Source: Squalus acanthias (taxonomy: Eukaryota). From it: a DNA stretch of 64,000 nucleotides. The position numbers and the translations under genes are program-made. The notes beneath the pieces were generated by a model, which was given only the letters and a program-made list of their open reading frames with translations, was not told where the DNA came from and did not search any database. Positions 49,073 to 62,648 of this stretch are shown here, in pieces; the stretch's first letter is position 1; every line of letters starts with the position of its first letter. The stretch covers positions 54,562,001-54,626,000 of the forward strand of contig CM059438.1 of the NCBI GenBank assembly GCA_030390025.1. The letters are read 5' to 3'.

Positions 49073-51609
49073 GTGTCTGTCCCATAGACCTTGCAAATAA
49101 TCACAGTGGAAGGTAGTGTAAATTAAGAGTGGGTGAATTCAATGTAAAATCAGGTACAGAAAGAGAAATAAAGAGAGGAAAAGAAAGATTGGGTTAAGAG
49201 AGAGAGTAAAGGAGACAGAAAGAAAAAGTAAAAAAAAACTTTTTTTTTTCACATCTCCAACACAATTAAAACCTGAAGGAATGAGACTGCACACTGGTAA
49301 TGGTTAATTTTCAGTGTCAGAGAGGGAGTTTGGCAGTAATTAACACTTATCACGTCACTACAAGGATACTTAGACTGAAAAGGACAAGGCTTAACTTTCT
49401 GTGGCAAGTTTAGTGTATATCTACCGTGCAAATACAGCATGCTATTCAATGCATATCAATGGTGAGCCACACAGCGAGATGCAGCTTTCGCAAAGCTAAT
49501 GGTGGAGCGGTGCAACTCGGACAGCAACTTTTAGATATTTGAGTTTAACCGTGCATCTGCCCCTCGCCTGAAGTCGCTATGCTATTTGCACATAAATAAC
49601 AGCGAGTGCCATTAGCCTCACCATTATTTTGACAGGCAAATCTAGGCCATTACTTTGCAGTAGAGGAACCCATTACCAAAAGGTACATATTCTGACTAAA
49701 TCAGGTAAACTTAGTTGTTGATTTGGTCATTAAATAGTCTATGATTACTGAATTTTGAGTGAAAATGTCCAGCAATATAATGTCAGTGTCCTTCCAAACT
49801 TTTGGATTTGTTTGGAATGTTTTGAACTGTAGGGTGACGTACCAGTGGTTGCAGCTATATCATGATGGTAGGAGCAGATTGGTTGAAGTGCATATTTTCC
49901 TGTAGCGTATTTGTACCAATACATTAATAAACATTAGGACAACACGGAATTGCATGTTTAATATACTGCTTAGCTATCGACCTTTTATCTTCAATAATTT
50001 ACTGGAAAACGTCACGTGGCACTGATATTTTTAAGGTAGGTCCAGTGTCAATAGCCATGACTACATTCAGCACCTGTGCTACACCACACCCCATTAGTAA
50101 ACCAATCACGTAGCTGAAATTACTCAGCTGTTTCAGGACTCCTGCTGTAAATCCCACAAGCTCTGCTGGGACACAGATATCTTAGGACCCAGCATTACAT
50201 AGGGTTTTCCATGGAGCCTAGTTAGAGGCAGAACCTTCATCTGCCTCTTACAAGGGTATAAGCGTCAGAGGTTGTAGGGCTGAAAGTGCAGGCTCCCTAC
50301 ACTGGGAGTTCCCACGTCCTTGGCCTCACAGGCACCTGATGCAAGCTTAAATGCTGGCACACAAAGTAGGAACAGGCACAACGGTCTCCTGAAGGATGCA
50401 AGTGACCTCACTGAGGGTCCAGGCTGGGATTGTGGACTGGACTTCCGAAGAATCTGGAGGAAATTTATTTATGTAAATGCACAAAGAGGCCACTGAAGGC
50501 TCTGCAAATGTCTTCCGAGGGGGGGAACGGACGAATGACCCAGCACCCCCAGGATTTGCGCTGGATTTTCTGGTCTGTGGAGCAACTATGGCGGGGTCAC
50601 CACTGGAGGGCATCAGTGGGTGCAAAAGTCTCGTGATCGTGGCCGTGGAAATTCAAGGCCCCATTTCTGCAAATCAGTACAAAATGAGGTTTCCCCTTAA
50701 AAACAGCTCCCATCTCTAGCCACCAAAAACACCACAGAAAAAAGTGCTTACATAGCAAGAAAATCTTTTCTTCAATGTATTGTGTGAAACGCTTCAAGAC
50801 AGTTTAACATAACAAGGCAATATACAAATACAATTATTATTATGCAGCTGTCAAGCTGCTGCACTGGTACGAATCTCACTTAGCCAGCACATCTCACTCT
50901 CCTGCTCTGCCATAAGAAATGGTCTTCATTAAAATACTGAACTACATTTACTGCTCATATTATACAAATAATAGCAAATAGGAGGAACTTTAAGAGATTT
51001 GGTGTTCTGATATTCATAAATCACTGCAACATTACACTCAGGGCTTGGGACACTTGAACTCCTTCGCTTCCATTCCATTTAGATGCTCAAGAACAAAAAA
51101 AAGCATCCAAAGTACAGAAGAAGTACAATGGTGTTAAGTTTTCATTTAAATATTTTCACATCGAATCTGATGTCTTAATGAGGCTGAAGCTAAGTTATGA
51201 AATGGGCACATGAATTCTCATATACAAAATGCAGCAGATTACAAAACTGCAGTCAATAGGCTGTTGTCACAACGTCAATATGGAATTGTTAATTTCTTGG
51301 CCACACACCAGTGATGTCACGAACAAGAAAATCAATGGCAAAACATCTCCATGTTAATATCCTTCTGGGATGTACAGTGCGCTATAGAAAGCAACAAAAT
51401 TAGACACAAGTAATGACTTGGACTACAGCACACCAAATTATACTTTTCTACGTTTCAACACAAATCACATTTATCACACCAGATGATTGACAGTCTTGCC
51501 AATTTAAAGACTTTGTTCCTGGAAACAGTACATTAAACAGTAAATTTAAAACTCTACTGTACTCAAAGAGTCTGCCTAAAATACGTACAATGATATATTC
51601 TTTCAATAT

Positions 51610-53597
51610 CCCTTAGAGGATGAGACTGGGGAATTAATAATGGGAAACAGGGAAATGGCAGAGACTTTGAACAAATATTTTGTATCGGTCTTCACAATAG
51701 ATGACACTAAAAGCATCCCAATAATAATTGATAATCAAGGGGCTATAGGGAAGGAGGAACTTAAAACAATCACTATCACTAGAGAAAAAGTACTAGACAA
51801 ACTAATGGGACTAAATGCTGACAAGTCCCCTGCACCTGATGGCCTACATCCTAGCGTCTTAAAAGAAGTGGCTGCAGAGATAGTGAATGCATTGGTTGGA
51901 ATCTACCAAAATTCCCTGGATTCTGGAGAGGCCCCAGCGGATTGGAAAACCGCAAATGTAACGCCCCTATTTAAGAAAGGAGGTAGGCAGAAAGCAGGAA
52001 ACTATAGGCGAGTTAGCCTAACATGTCATTGGGAAAATGCTGGAATCCATTATTAAGGAAGTTTTCTCTTAGGCAGTCCCTTGGAACCGAGGATGACTTG
52101 CTTCCACATTAAAAATGAGTTCTCAGGTGACTGATGAGTCCAATGCGGGACCTACAGTCTCTGTCACAGGTGGGGCAGACGGTGGTTGAAGGGGCGGGTG
52201 GGTGGGGTGCTTGGGTTGACGTGCGCTCCTTGCGCTTGGCTTCCGCTTGCTCCCGGCAAAGTAATAGCAGGACATTTAGAAAATCATAATACAATCAAGC
52301 AGAGTCAACATGGTTTTATGAAAGGGAAATCATGTTTGACAAATTTGCTAGAGTTCTTTGAGGATGTAATGAGCAGGGTGGTTAAAGGGGAACCAATAGA
52401 TGTTGTGTATTTGGATTTCCAGAAGGCATTCGATAAGGTGCCACATAAAAGGTTACTGCACAAGATAAGAGCTCACGGGATTGGGGGTAATATATTAGCA
52501 TGGATAGAGGATTGGCTAACAAAGAGTCGGGATAAATGGGTCATTTTCAGGTTGGCAAACTATAACTAGTGGGGTGCCACAGGGATCAGTGCTGGGGCCT
52601 CAACTATTTACAATCTATATTAATGACTTGGATGAAGTGTACTGTAGCCAAATTTGCTAATGATACAAAGATAGGTAGGAAAGCAAGTTGTGAGGAAGAC
52701 ACAAAGAGTCTGCAAAGGGATATAGATAGGTTAAGTGAGAGGGCAAAAATTTGGCAGATGGAGTATAATGTGGGAAAATGTGAAGTTATCCACTTTGGTA
52801 GGAAAAATAAAAAAGCTAATTATTATTTAAATGGAGAGAGACTATAAAATGCTGCAGTACAGAGGGATCTGGGGGTCCTCGTACATGAAACACAAAAAGT
52901 TAGCATGCAGGTACAGCAAGTAATTAGGAAGGCAAATGGAATGTTGGCCTTTATTGCAAGGGGGATGGAGTATAAAAGTAGGAAAGTCTTGCTACAACTG
53001 TACAGGGCGCTGGTGAGACCACACCTGGAGTACTGCGTGCAGTTTTGGTCTCCTTATTTAAGGAGGTATATACTTGCATTGGAGGCAGTTCAGAGAAGGT
53101 TCACTAGGTTGATTCCGGAGATGAAGGGGTTGTTTTATGAAGAAAGGTTGAGCAGGTTGGGCCTATACTCATGGGAGTTTAGAAGAATGAGATGTGATCT
53201 TATTGAAACATATAAGATTCTGAGGGGGTTTGACAAGGTTGATGCAGAGAGGATGATTCCCCTCGTGGGGGAATCTAGAACTAGGGGGCATAGTTTCAGG
53301 ATAAGGGGTCGCCCTTTTAAAACGGAGATGAGGAGGAATTTCTTCTCTCAGAGGGTCGTGAATCTTTGGAATTCTCTACCCCAGAGAGCTGTGGAGGTGG
53401 AGTCATTGAATATATTCAAGGCGGAGATAGACATATATTTGAGCTACAAGGGAGTGAAGGGTTATGGGGAGTGGGCGGGAAAGTGGTGTTGAGGCCAAGA
53501 TCAGATCAGCCATGATCTTATTGAATTGCGGGGGCAGGCTCGAGGGGCCGAATGGCCTACTCCTGCTCCTATTTCTTATGTTCTTATGCTCTTATGT
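51610..53597 (+). mobile_element. CR1 LINE, 5'-truncated, with nested RTE fragment
   Basis: RT motifs occur in ORFs 51640-53492, followed by the 3' hairpin and TTCTTATG tail. Confidence 0.93.
52063..52258 (-). mobile_element. RTE-clade LINE 3' end
   Basis: The reverse complement encodes the RTE C-terminal zinc motif CPTCDRDCRSRIGLISHLRTH. TSD AAGT at 52059-52062 and 52259-52262. Confidence 0.88.
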
Positions 53598-53719
53598 AAG
53601 TCGCCATTCTTCATATGTGAACCTATACAGTCACTGTCAGCAGACTTTTCAACCATGCATGTCATCACAGCCATAACAAATCCTATCCTTGGCAGTCATC
53701 CATGTAAGCACACTTTGCA

Positions 53720-53925
53720 GTGAGGGTCACTCAATAGCAGTCAGAAGAGAAACCCTGGCTGATATACTCGTCCCTTACCCAGGGCATAGAAGCCAATTGT
53801 AGTATTTCAATCCCTGCCCAATTAAGATAGGGAACTCAGCACAAACCAGGAATTAAACCTAAAACTTTCCTGATCTGTACGAATCAATGCCATAGCAGGG
53901 AGTGCTTTTACCTACTAAACCATCA
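53720..53925 (-). mobile_element. Degenerate tRNA-derived SINE
   Basis: The reverse complement begins GATGGTTTAGTAGGTAA (A-box-like) and has AGGTTTAATTCCTGG (B-box-like). Confidence 0.45.
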
Positions 53926-54329
53926 AAGAAGCCAGACTCTATCAGGGCATTGTCACTGTTAGCTTCAAAGGCGGCCAGGTCTGAAAACTCAACTGCCAAA
54001 GTGCTGATCACAGCAATCCTTCTCCGTGTATTTCTTTAAGAATTATCCTCAATTTGATGTAATTCTGTCGCCAGTGTCCATGTCCCCCTTGCATTTTTGA
54101 TCAGTCAATAAAAAATCAGTAATAGACCCTGTCGTTGGGCATGTGATCTCAATACTCATATTCGCAGACGTATGCATGTGTATTTTAACCTTTTTGTGCG
54201 TTTGAAGGTAAAATGGTAAAATGGGCGACCCCTTATTCTGAAACTATGCCCCCTAGTTGCAGACCATGCAAGTGATTTTTGATCATTGTGTGCGCTTTAC
54301 CTCCTTGGTTACTGCTTATTGGTTATCTG

Positions 54330-54540
54330 CTAAAATGGTGAGCAACATGGATAGGAAGGGGGCAAGGCCACAGTGGGATTTCAAGCAATGATGAGAATTT
54401 TAAATTTGAGGTGTTGGGGGACCACAGCCAATGTAGGCCAGGGAGTATAGGTGTGATGGATGAGTGGCACTTGGGGTAGGATAGGTTACGAGCAGAATTT
54501 TGGATCAGCTGGAGAATGGGAGAGTATTGGAGTCTGGAGG
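54330..54540 (-). mobile_element. Old L2 fragment
   Basis: Peptide LQLIQNSAR...ITPILPGLHWL. Confidence 0.75.
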
Positions 54541-54548
54541 TACGTGGG

Positions 54549-55040
54549 GGGGCTAAATTCGGTTGATTTGCGCCTCCCGTTAGCACCGTAGGGCGCTAAC
54601 GGAGAGCAAATCATCTAGCGCCTGGCCGCTAACGCCTCCCACGAAATTCAGCGGGAGGTTAGCGGTGCGCTAACCGTTAGCGCCGCGCGGCACTGCGCCA
54701 CCAGCGATGATGTCATCGCCATGCGCAGCGCCCCGGCTGTAATATTGGGTGGCGCCCCCCGACTTACCGCCGGACACTATATCCGCCGGGGTCGGGGGGC
54801 CTACCTGCGGCCGGGGCGGCGCTAGTTAAAGGGGTGGTGGCAGGCGGCCATTTTTGTTGCTGGCCGCCTGTCAGCACCTGCCCCCGTGAAGCCCCGCCGT
54901 GGGGTGCTGGCTGCGCTCTGTGAGCCCGGCACTCCTCCCTCTCGGGGCGCTACCTGTGAAAATCAGCCACGGGGGTGCTAACTGTTTTGGGGTGCCCCGG
55001 CGAAGGTAGCGCCCTGAAGGCACTACCCAATTTTTACCCC
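54549..55040. mobile_element. Second copy of the 45292-46017 MITE family, opposite orientation, internally shorter
   Basis: The start GGGGCTAAATTCGGTTGATTTGCGCCTCCCGTTAGC matches the reverse complement of the 46017 end. It terminates AATTTTTACCCC. Confidence 0.85.
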
Positions 55041-55044
55041 TTGG

Positions 55045-55912
55045 TGTATATAGATGATTTGGACTTGGCCACTGGAAGCACAATCTCAAAATTTACCGAT
55101 GACACAGAAGTAGAGGATTTGTCAAGCAGTGAGTAAGACAGTAAAGTACTCCAAGAAGACAGGAAAGCAGAATGGTCAGACAGGTGGCAGATACAATTTA
55201 ATGTGAGGTAATATATTTTGGGAGATAAAAAACAAGGAATAGCAGTATACACTGAATGGAAAGAAATTGAAGGGTGTGGAGGAACAGAGACAGCCAGGGG
55301 TTTAAATATATAATGCTCTGAAAGTGAGAGTGCAGGTAGAAAAAACCAGAAAAAAAGGACAAGAGTGAAGAAATATTTATGTATTTATATAAAACATTGA
55401 TTAGGCCATAGTTAGTGCTGTGAGCAGTTTTGGACACCCCAGTATAGAATGGGAAATTAAAACCATAGAGAGTGTAAGGCATAGATTCACGAGGATGATG
55501 ACAGGAATGGGAAACTATAGTTACAAGGAGTGGCTTGAGATACTGGGACTATATCCACTGGAACAGAGAAGGCTAAGAAGAGATTTAAGAGATGTTTTTT
55601 AAATTATGAAGGGTTTTCTTAGGGTGAATAGGGAAAGACTATTTTGTCTGGTTGGGGAGTCAGTGATGAGTTGGCATCTTAAAATTGTCACTGGGAGAGT
55701 GAGGAGAGGGTTGTTGAAGCATGGTGCGACTGAGGCAGAGACCACTGCATCTTTTAAGAGACGAGTAGATAAAAATTTGAAGCAGAGGAAGATACAGGGA
55801 TAGGGGAAGAGAGTACAGCAGTGAGATTAGTTTTGAATTGGTCTACAAAAATATTGCACAGATATAATGGACCGAATGGCCTTCTCCTATGTTGTAACTG
55901 TCTATGGTTCTA
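55045..55912 (+). mobile_element. Old, decayed CR1 3' fragment
   Basis: Peptides ISKFTDDT and IESVRHRFTRM...LEQRRLRRDL, with a TTCTATAG tail. Confidence 0.8.
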
Positions 55913-55988
55913 TAGATACAAAGAATACATTTCCAGATAAAGTACTTTTGGTTATATTAGTTCCTCTTTGTTTATAAGAAAATAACAT

Positions 55989-56925
55989 GGCGATTTTCAA
56001 CGGCTCCTTCAGGCACTAAAGAGCATCTGAGGTGGCCAAGATGGGGTCTTAAGCTGAAACGCTGGTTTAGCGCAACACACCATTTTGGTAAAGATCTAGT
56101 TTAAGTTGGAGGAACAGGCACCTGGAGGATCGTTAAAGGGCTGATTGCCACTTAAATTGCCTGCTGGCGTTCATTAACGAGGCTGCACAGCATTTTGGTG
56201 GATAGCGCTTGACCTAACGCCCTCTCCTAACAGTGACCAGATAATTGGGAGTAAACACGTTGTTGCGCTACTGAAACCTGTATCACCTTTTACTGTTCAC
56301 TTGCTGCTGGAGGTTTGAAGAGGGCTTTGGAAACACATTGGGAGACTTTCTGGGACTCTTTGTCAAGACTTCACCAACACTCTATCAACATTTATTCGGA
56401 AATTCTCTGAGGACTTCACCTAAAGAGAGCGAGTGCTGTGCTACTCGACCTTATTGGACACCTTATAGGAGTCACCAGGAGAAAGGGAGTGCTTTGTCAC
56501 GGACATCTAGCTAGGGGTCCCACTTGGTCTGGAGGAGGAATGGGAGGAGGATACGAGGCCAGGCAGAGCAGCACCAACTGCTGCAGGAGAGGGGGACAGG
56601 AAGGCTGCTGCGTCTGAGAACATGTACGCCCACTCACTCGGTCCCTGATCCATCCTGAAACCTGCTGCTATCTGTCAGCCAGCCCACTCCACACCTTCAG
56701 TGGAAGTGGGTGCGTGGAGCCCACATACAGTGCTCCACGAAAATATCGTCTAATCAGCGCTTGAATGCTAAACCTGCAGGTGTCTGTTTTAGCCTCCAAG
56801 CAAATTCAAATTATAGTAATCAGCAATTAGGACCAAAATTGCAGCTAAAACCAGACTTTCAAACAGGCGTGCCTCATTAGCACCCATTTAGCGCCTGTTT
56901 TCACACTTGCACCAAAATAACCCTC
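55989..56925. mobile_element. Degenerate Harbinger-derived non-autonomous element
   Basis: A GC-richer block bounded by GGCGATTTTC and AAAATAACCCTC, with subterminal TTTAGCGC/CATTTTGG motifs like the other MITEs. Confidence 0.45.
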
Positions 56926-57229
56926 CAAGTCTTGCCTTAAATTTCTTCAAGAGCTATAAGGATAGAGGGGGAGAAAAATATCTGGATATGATTACTGGCC
57001 ACTGAGTAAAAATATCCAGCCAATGTGAAGCTGCCATCAAACAACACTAATCAAGTATTACAATGCACCTCAAGGGCATTTCACTATAAGTTAGAAACAA
57101 GTTATGTTCTAATCTTTTATAGATCACTGGTGAAAGCTCACTATCGATCTCTTTTTCCATGCTCCAAAGTGCAAGTTACAAATTAAACAGTGTCAGACTC
57201 CAGAATTGACTGATACTCAAAAGTGGTGT

Positions 57230-59936
57230 GCACAGAGTGATCTTAAATGGTGTGCTTCTAAACAGTGTTAAACTTGGGAACTTGGAGAGAGTAGGAATTC
57301 GGAGCAGAGGAGAAAGGAGCTACTGCTTTTTGCCTCCAAAACTTGTAGTGCTTTGTGTTACAGGTAAATATTTAATTTCATCTACCTACAACTTAAACTA
57401 GATCTAGTAATTAGTTAAAAACGAAACTATAAGCTAAGTTAATTAAATACATACATTTTAATTCACTAAATAAATAAAACAAGGTTATAAAAGGATGGCA
57501 ATGCAGGTGGTGTGCCGCAACTGCAGCATGTGGGAGTTTGTGGAGAGCATCCAGGATGACCTCTGCAGTAAGTGTCTGCAGCTCGAGGAACTTCAGCTCA
57601 GAGTTGTTGAGCTGGAGTCTGAGGTGCAGACATTGCGGGGCATCAGGGAGGGGGAGAGTTATCTGGACACTTTGAACCAGGAGGGAGTCACACCCCTTAG
57701 GTTAGGTAGTAGTACAGGTCTGGCTAGTGGTCAGGGACAGGAGGGTGTGACTGTGACTCAGACAGGTAAAGGGGCCCCAGGTGCAGTGCTGGAGGAGCCT
57801 CAGCCTTTACCCTTATCCAACAGGTATGAGGTTCTTGGTGCCTGTGTGGATGAGGGCAAAGTCTGCAGGGTGGATGAGCAAACTGACCACGACACTGTGG
57901 TACAAGATGCCATTCAAGTGGGGGGAGTGAAAAGGAATGTTGTAGTGGTCTGGGACAGTATAGTCAGGGGGATAGATACTGTTCTCTGCAGCCGCGACTG
58001 GGAGTTCCGAAGGCTGTGTTACCTGCCAGGGTTAAGGATATTTCCTCGCGGCTGGAGAAGAATTTGGAGTGGGAGGGGGAGGATCCAGTGGTTGTGGTCC
58101 ACGTAGGAACCAACAACATAGGTAGAACGAGGAATAAAGTTCTGCTGAAAGAGTTTGAGGAGCTAGGGTCCAAATTAAAATGCAGAACCTCAAAGGTAAT
58201 AATCTCTGGATTGTTACCTGAGCCACACGCAAATTGGCATAGGGACAAGCAGATCAGAGAGTTAAATGCGTGGGTCAGAGAGTGGTGTGGGAGGAAGGGG
58301 TTTCGATTCATAGGGCATTGGCACCAGTACTGGGGAAAGAGGGAGCTGTTCTGTTGGGACGATCGTCACTTAAACCAGGCTGGGACCAGTGTCCTGGCGA
58401 ATCGAATAACTAGGGCTGTAGATAGGGCTTTAACCTAAAAAGTGGGGGGGGATGGGGTCAGGTGAGGGAAAATCTAAAGAGAAAAGTCATGGCAATGGAG
58501 CAGTGTAGCGATTTGGGTAAAGATAAGCAGAGTGTGACAGGAAGGGACAGAGAGCTTAACGGTAAAAGTGCATCAGCGAATAAGGTGAAAGCAGGGAATA
58601 GTGGTAAAAAGTTAAAACTAAAGGCTCTTTATCTGACTGCACGAAGTATTTGTAACAAGATAGACAAATTCGTGGCACAAATAGTGATAAATGGCTTTGA
58701 TCCAATAGCCATTACACAGACGTGGTTGCAAGGTGACCAAGGTTGGGAACTAAATATTCCAGGGTTCTTGACGTTTCGATAAGACAGGCAGAATGGAAAA
58801 GGAGGGGGTAGCCCTGATAATAAAGGATGACATAAGGACAGTAGTGAGAAAGGATCTTGGCTCAGAAGATCAGGAAGTAGAATCAGTATGGGTGGAGATA
58901 AGAAATAACAAGGGGCAGAAAACACTGGTGGGGGGACTTTAATCTTCATTTATACTGGGCAAATCAAATTGGCAAAGGTAGTCTGGAGGACACGTTCATG
59001 GAATGCATTCGAGACAGTTTCCTAGAACAATACATCATGGAACCAACCAGGGAACAGGCTATTTTAGATCTTGTATTGTGTAATGAGACAGGGTTAATCA
59101 GTAATCTCATAGTAAAGGATCCTCTGGGGAAGATAATGTGGGGAAATGTGAGGTTATTCGCTTTGGTAGGAAGAATAGAAAAACAGAATATTTTTTAAAT
59201 GGTGAGAAACTATTAAATGTTGGTGTTCAGAGAGATTTAGGTGTCCTCATACAGGAAACACAGAAAGTTAGCATACAGGTACAGCAAGCAATTAGGAAGG
59301 CAAATGGCATGTTGGCCTTTTTTGCAAGGGGGTTGGAGTACAAGAATAAGGAAGTCTTACTACAATTGTACAGGGCTTTGGTGAGACCGTACCTGGAGTA
59401 CTGTGCACAGTTTTGGTCTCCTTATCTGAGAAAGGACATACATGCCTTAGAGGCAGTGCAACGAAGGTTCACTAGATTGATCCCTGGGATGAGACGGTTG
59501 ACCTATGAGAAGAGATTCAGTAGATTGGGCCTATACTGTCTGGAGTTTAGAAGAATGAGAGGTGATCTCATTGAAACATATAAGATTCTGAGGGGGATTG
59601 ACAGGGTAGATGCTGAGAGGTTGTTTCCCCTGGCTAGAGTGTCTAGAACTAGGGATAAGGGGTCGGCCATTTAAGACTGAGATGAGGAGGAATTTCTTCA
59701 CTCAGAGGGTTGTGAATCTTTGGAATTTTCTACCCGAATGGGCCTGTGGATGCTCAGTCGTTGAGTATATTCAAGGCTGAGATCGATAGATTTTTGGACT
59801 CTAGGGGAATCAAGGGATATAGGGATCGGGCGGGAAAGTGGAGTTCAGGTTGAAGATCAGCCATGATCTTATTGAATGGCGGAGCAGGCTCGAAGGGCTG
59901 TATGGCCGACTCCTGCTCCTAACTCTTATGTTCTTA
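57230..59936 (+). mobile_element. CR1 LINE retaining 5' UTR and ORF1 (CxxC/CxxC zinc + coiled coil + SGNH esterase) but with most of RT deleted
   Basis: ORF1 from 57495: CRNC...CSKC...LELE, WDSIVRG, HVGTNN. EN remnant at 58620-59132 joins directly to NVGKCEVI. The 3' hairpin and tail are intact. Confidence 0.92.
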
Positions 59937-61879
59937 ACAATCTATCTTTTTTATTCACTACAACAACAGTAGAGAACGAATTACAGAAAAATAAAATTAA
60001 AATATGGCCCTACACATTTTAATAGCACTTGTCCCAACTTGCTCATCACAGAAACCCCTCAATTAAACATTTAGTTATGCAGCCTGACCCAAAAATCCAT
60101 GGAATTGAACTACAGCAAAGGATTAGACTCAACTCATTTCAAAAAATTGTGATATAGAAAGCAGATACTGCATAAGATGACCTTAGGTGAATAAACTGGT
60201 TTAAACTTTCTATAACAAATGTTAACAGATTTTGTTTGCTTTATGTCTTGATTACTCTCATACAAGGGTTTCCTCTTTTTCAGTCCAATACGATGTTCTG
60301 CACCTATCTCATCCAAGAGAACTAAACCGTAACAGCTTCTGTCGTCTGTACATTTCACACATGGGATATAGGTAGGACCTATGTTTTACAGACAAAAAAA
60401 TCCCATAAACTTACAATTACACACTAGACAAACAGAACGGAGTACACAATACTGTGCACATGATAAGCTCCTAGCAGACTACAAGCAGTAGCAATGAGAC
60501 AAGTGAGTTTTGATGGTTAGGGTCACAAGTAGAACTCTTTAGGTTTTTAACTTGCCACGTCCCGCTGTAGCATGACTGCCTCAGACTTAAATTTTACTGA
60601 CCTGGTAATATAACTCAGAATTTCATTTGCTCTTTCAAGTGTTGCTCCACAGTGCCTGGACATAGTTAGTTTAAATCTAAGGTGGTGGACATAGAGAGCC
60701 TACAGGCTCTTGATAGCTATTATTATGTACTTTGAATCATTGTAGCTGCTCTGATTAAGAAATGTCACTACATTCTAGTTGTGATTTCTCAATATTCTTT
60801 CCTTTTTACCTCGTGCAGAAAACGAACATAACTTTACTGGGAAAAACCGGCATTTGCAAAAAGCCCTTCATTTCAGTAAATGATTTTGATTCAAGTCAAA
60901 CAGTGTACGTTGTGATGTTAGTTTACACCTGTTATTAGTCTCAATGCTGATGCTATACTTGATCTGAAATTGTATTCTTAATCAGTCACCACTTAGAACA
61001 TCTCACTGTAGAAATTACCCTGATACTTTGTGAGTAATTAGATACATAAACAGGCTAGAGTCATGTGTGGAACACAGGCTAAATTTTACAATAGGCATCA
61101 TTGGGAACTATGCAGTTCATACAGGTGGTCCCTTTCACCATCATGTACCACTCCATTAATTAATTTTGATTTTCCCTATCCCCTTACAGGGGGAGGTTGA
61201 CAGTGCAAGAAAATTAGTGTGAATGCTTGTGCTGCAAGATTAGGCAGGAGCAAAACCTTTACAGGGCGTTGGCTGCTATAAACTGATCGTCGTGATATAC
61301 ACCTGTATATTTATTCAGACTGCCAATCCTTTTATTCAAAGCTTTAACTTTAATCTGAATAAAAATCAGCACCTCCCCACCTATTACAGAGGTAGAACAC
61401 TGACTAATAGTTTATAACATGTACAAGTACAGATCTTTATAACCTCCAATCCTGCCTCTAACTAGATATTCATCTTGTTCATTTTACAGTGTTAACTGAC
61501 ACATTAAAGGGAAAGGAAAGTCCAGCAGGATTTTGGCCTATCTGGCTCATCCTTCCAGAGAAACCTGTGTGTCTAACTGCTTCTTGAATGACTCCAGACT
61601 TTATTATCCCACTGTACTACCCAGAAGCCATAACATGTAGTAATCATGTGAAAGAGTGATTCTTGGCATCAGTCCTGAACTTACCTTTTATCAGTTTGGG
61701 CTAAATAATGCAATCAAAGAAGTTTTGTAATCTTTATCAGCCTTGTCAGCTGCAGTCATGGTTAACTTGAAATAATGCTCAAGATCAAACTTTTCTATTC
61801 CACTTAGCTTCTCACACACCTTTAATGGCAACCTCTGCCCCCACCAGATATGCCTCCTTTTAAAGATGAAGAACCCAGA

Positions 61880-62648
61880 CATTTTGCGGCGGCGCTAAAC
61901 ACTACCGCCACGATCTCCTGCGCCCGTAGATTGTGATGTCAGTCGAGCGTGCAACGCCCCGGTAGCACCCCGGACCGGATATTGAGTGGCGCCCCCTGCC
62001 TTACCGCCTGCCGCTAACAACGACAGGTTGAGGGGAACGTTTTGCAGTCGGGAAGGGATTGGGGGAGCGTTATTTAAAGGCGGCCGCTTCCTGCCTTTTT
62101 TTGTCGCCGACATTTTTGCACCACGCATTCTGAGAGGGAGATACTTTTGGAGAGATTCAACACTGTGTGAAGGAGTTTTGGGTACTGAGCAGCGCTTTGC
62201 AGGTTCATTTTGATTTGACCTTCCTTGCATCGATTTAGAAGAGACTTTGGGGGGCTGCACTCTGAGCTCTTTCCCTGGGCCTCTCCATTGTTCTTTCCAG
62301 CAGAATTGATGTACAGGTCTCTCCAGGCCGAGATTCAAGGCTGCAATGAGCAGGGTGTGGATGGAGAGCAAGATCGACCTTCCCCTTTAAGAACTGGCCG
62401 GCGCCTGTGTGTCTGTGTTCCATTGCTGACTGACATCACATGAGCTTCGTCAGCGCTCTGAGTTAGCGCCTCGCTCCTCGGCGTTAGTGCCTTAAGAGAG
62501 GTGTGTAGCACCTGCTTTAGCGCTCCAATCACCTCCAGGGGCGATAGAAGCCAAGTTTGCAGTCGGAGGCGATAATTAGCGCCAGGCGCTAAACTTTGCG
62601 CCTAGCCGATAATTGCGCCCCAAACGGGGCGATACCGAATTTCTCCCC
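61880..62648. mobile_element. Harbinger-type non-autonomous element related to the GC-rich MITE family; left end missing
   Basis: Right TIR CCGAATTTCTCCCC and shared TTAGCGCC motifs. Minus-strand MERPRERA resembles a Harbinger Myb-gene start. Confidence 0.7.

Larger units (their letters stand above)
47582..49648. mobile_element. Harbinger-type non-autonomous element with a nested ~1.28-kb cargo segment
   Basis: TIRs are GGCCATAATTTGC and (rc) GGCCTAGATTTGC, with ATTA on both flanks. Confidence 0.65.

Noticed and set aside
48509..49104. Gly/Glu/Arg-rich minus-strand ORFs
   Set aside because: These are products of a stop-poor polypurine low-complexity tract.
50111..50662. Another Harbinger-type MITE
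   Set aside because: The right end GGAAATTCAAGGCCCC is suggestive, but the left TIR and TSD cannot be established.
52131..52160. Hammerhead ribozyme (CTGATGA-GTCC...GGAC)
   Set aside because: The required GAAA after stem II is absent (CTAC). The sequence is the antisense of RTE codons RIGLIS.
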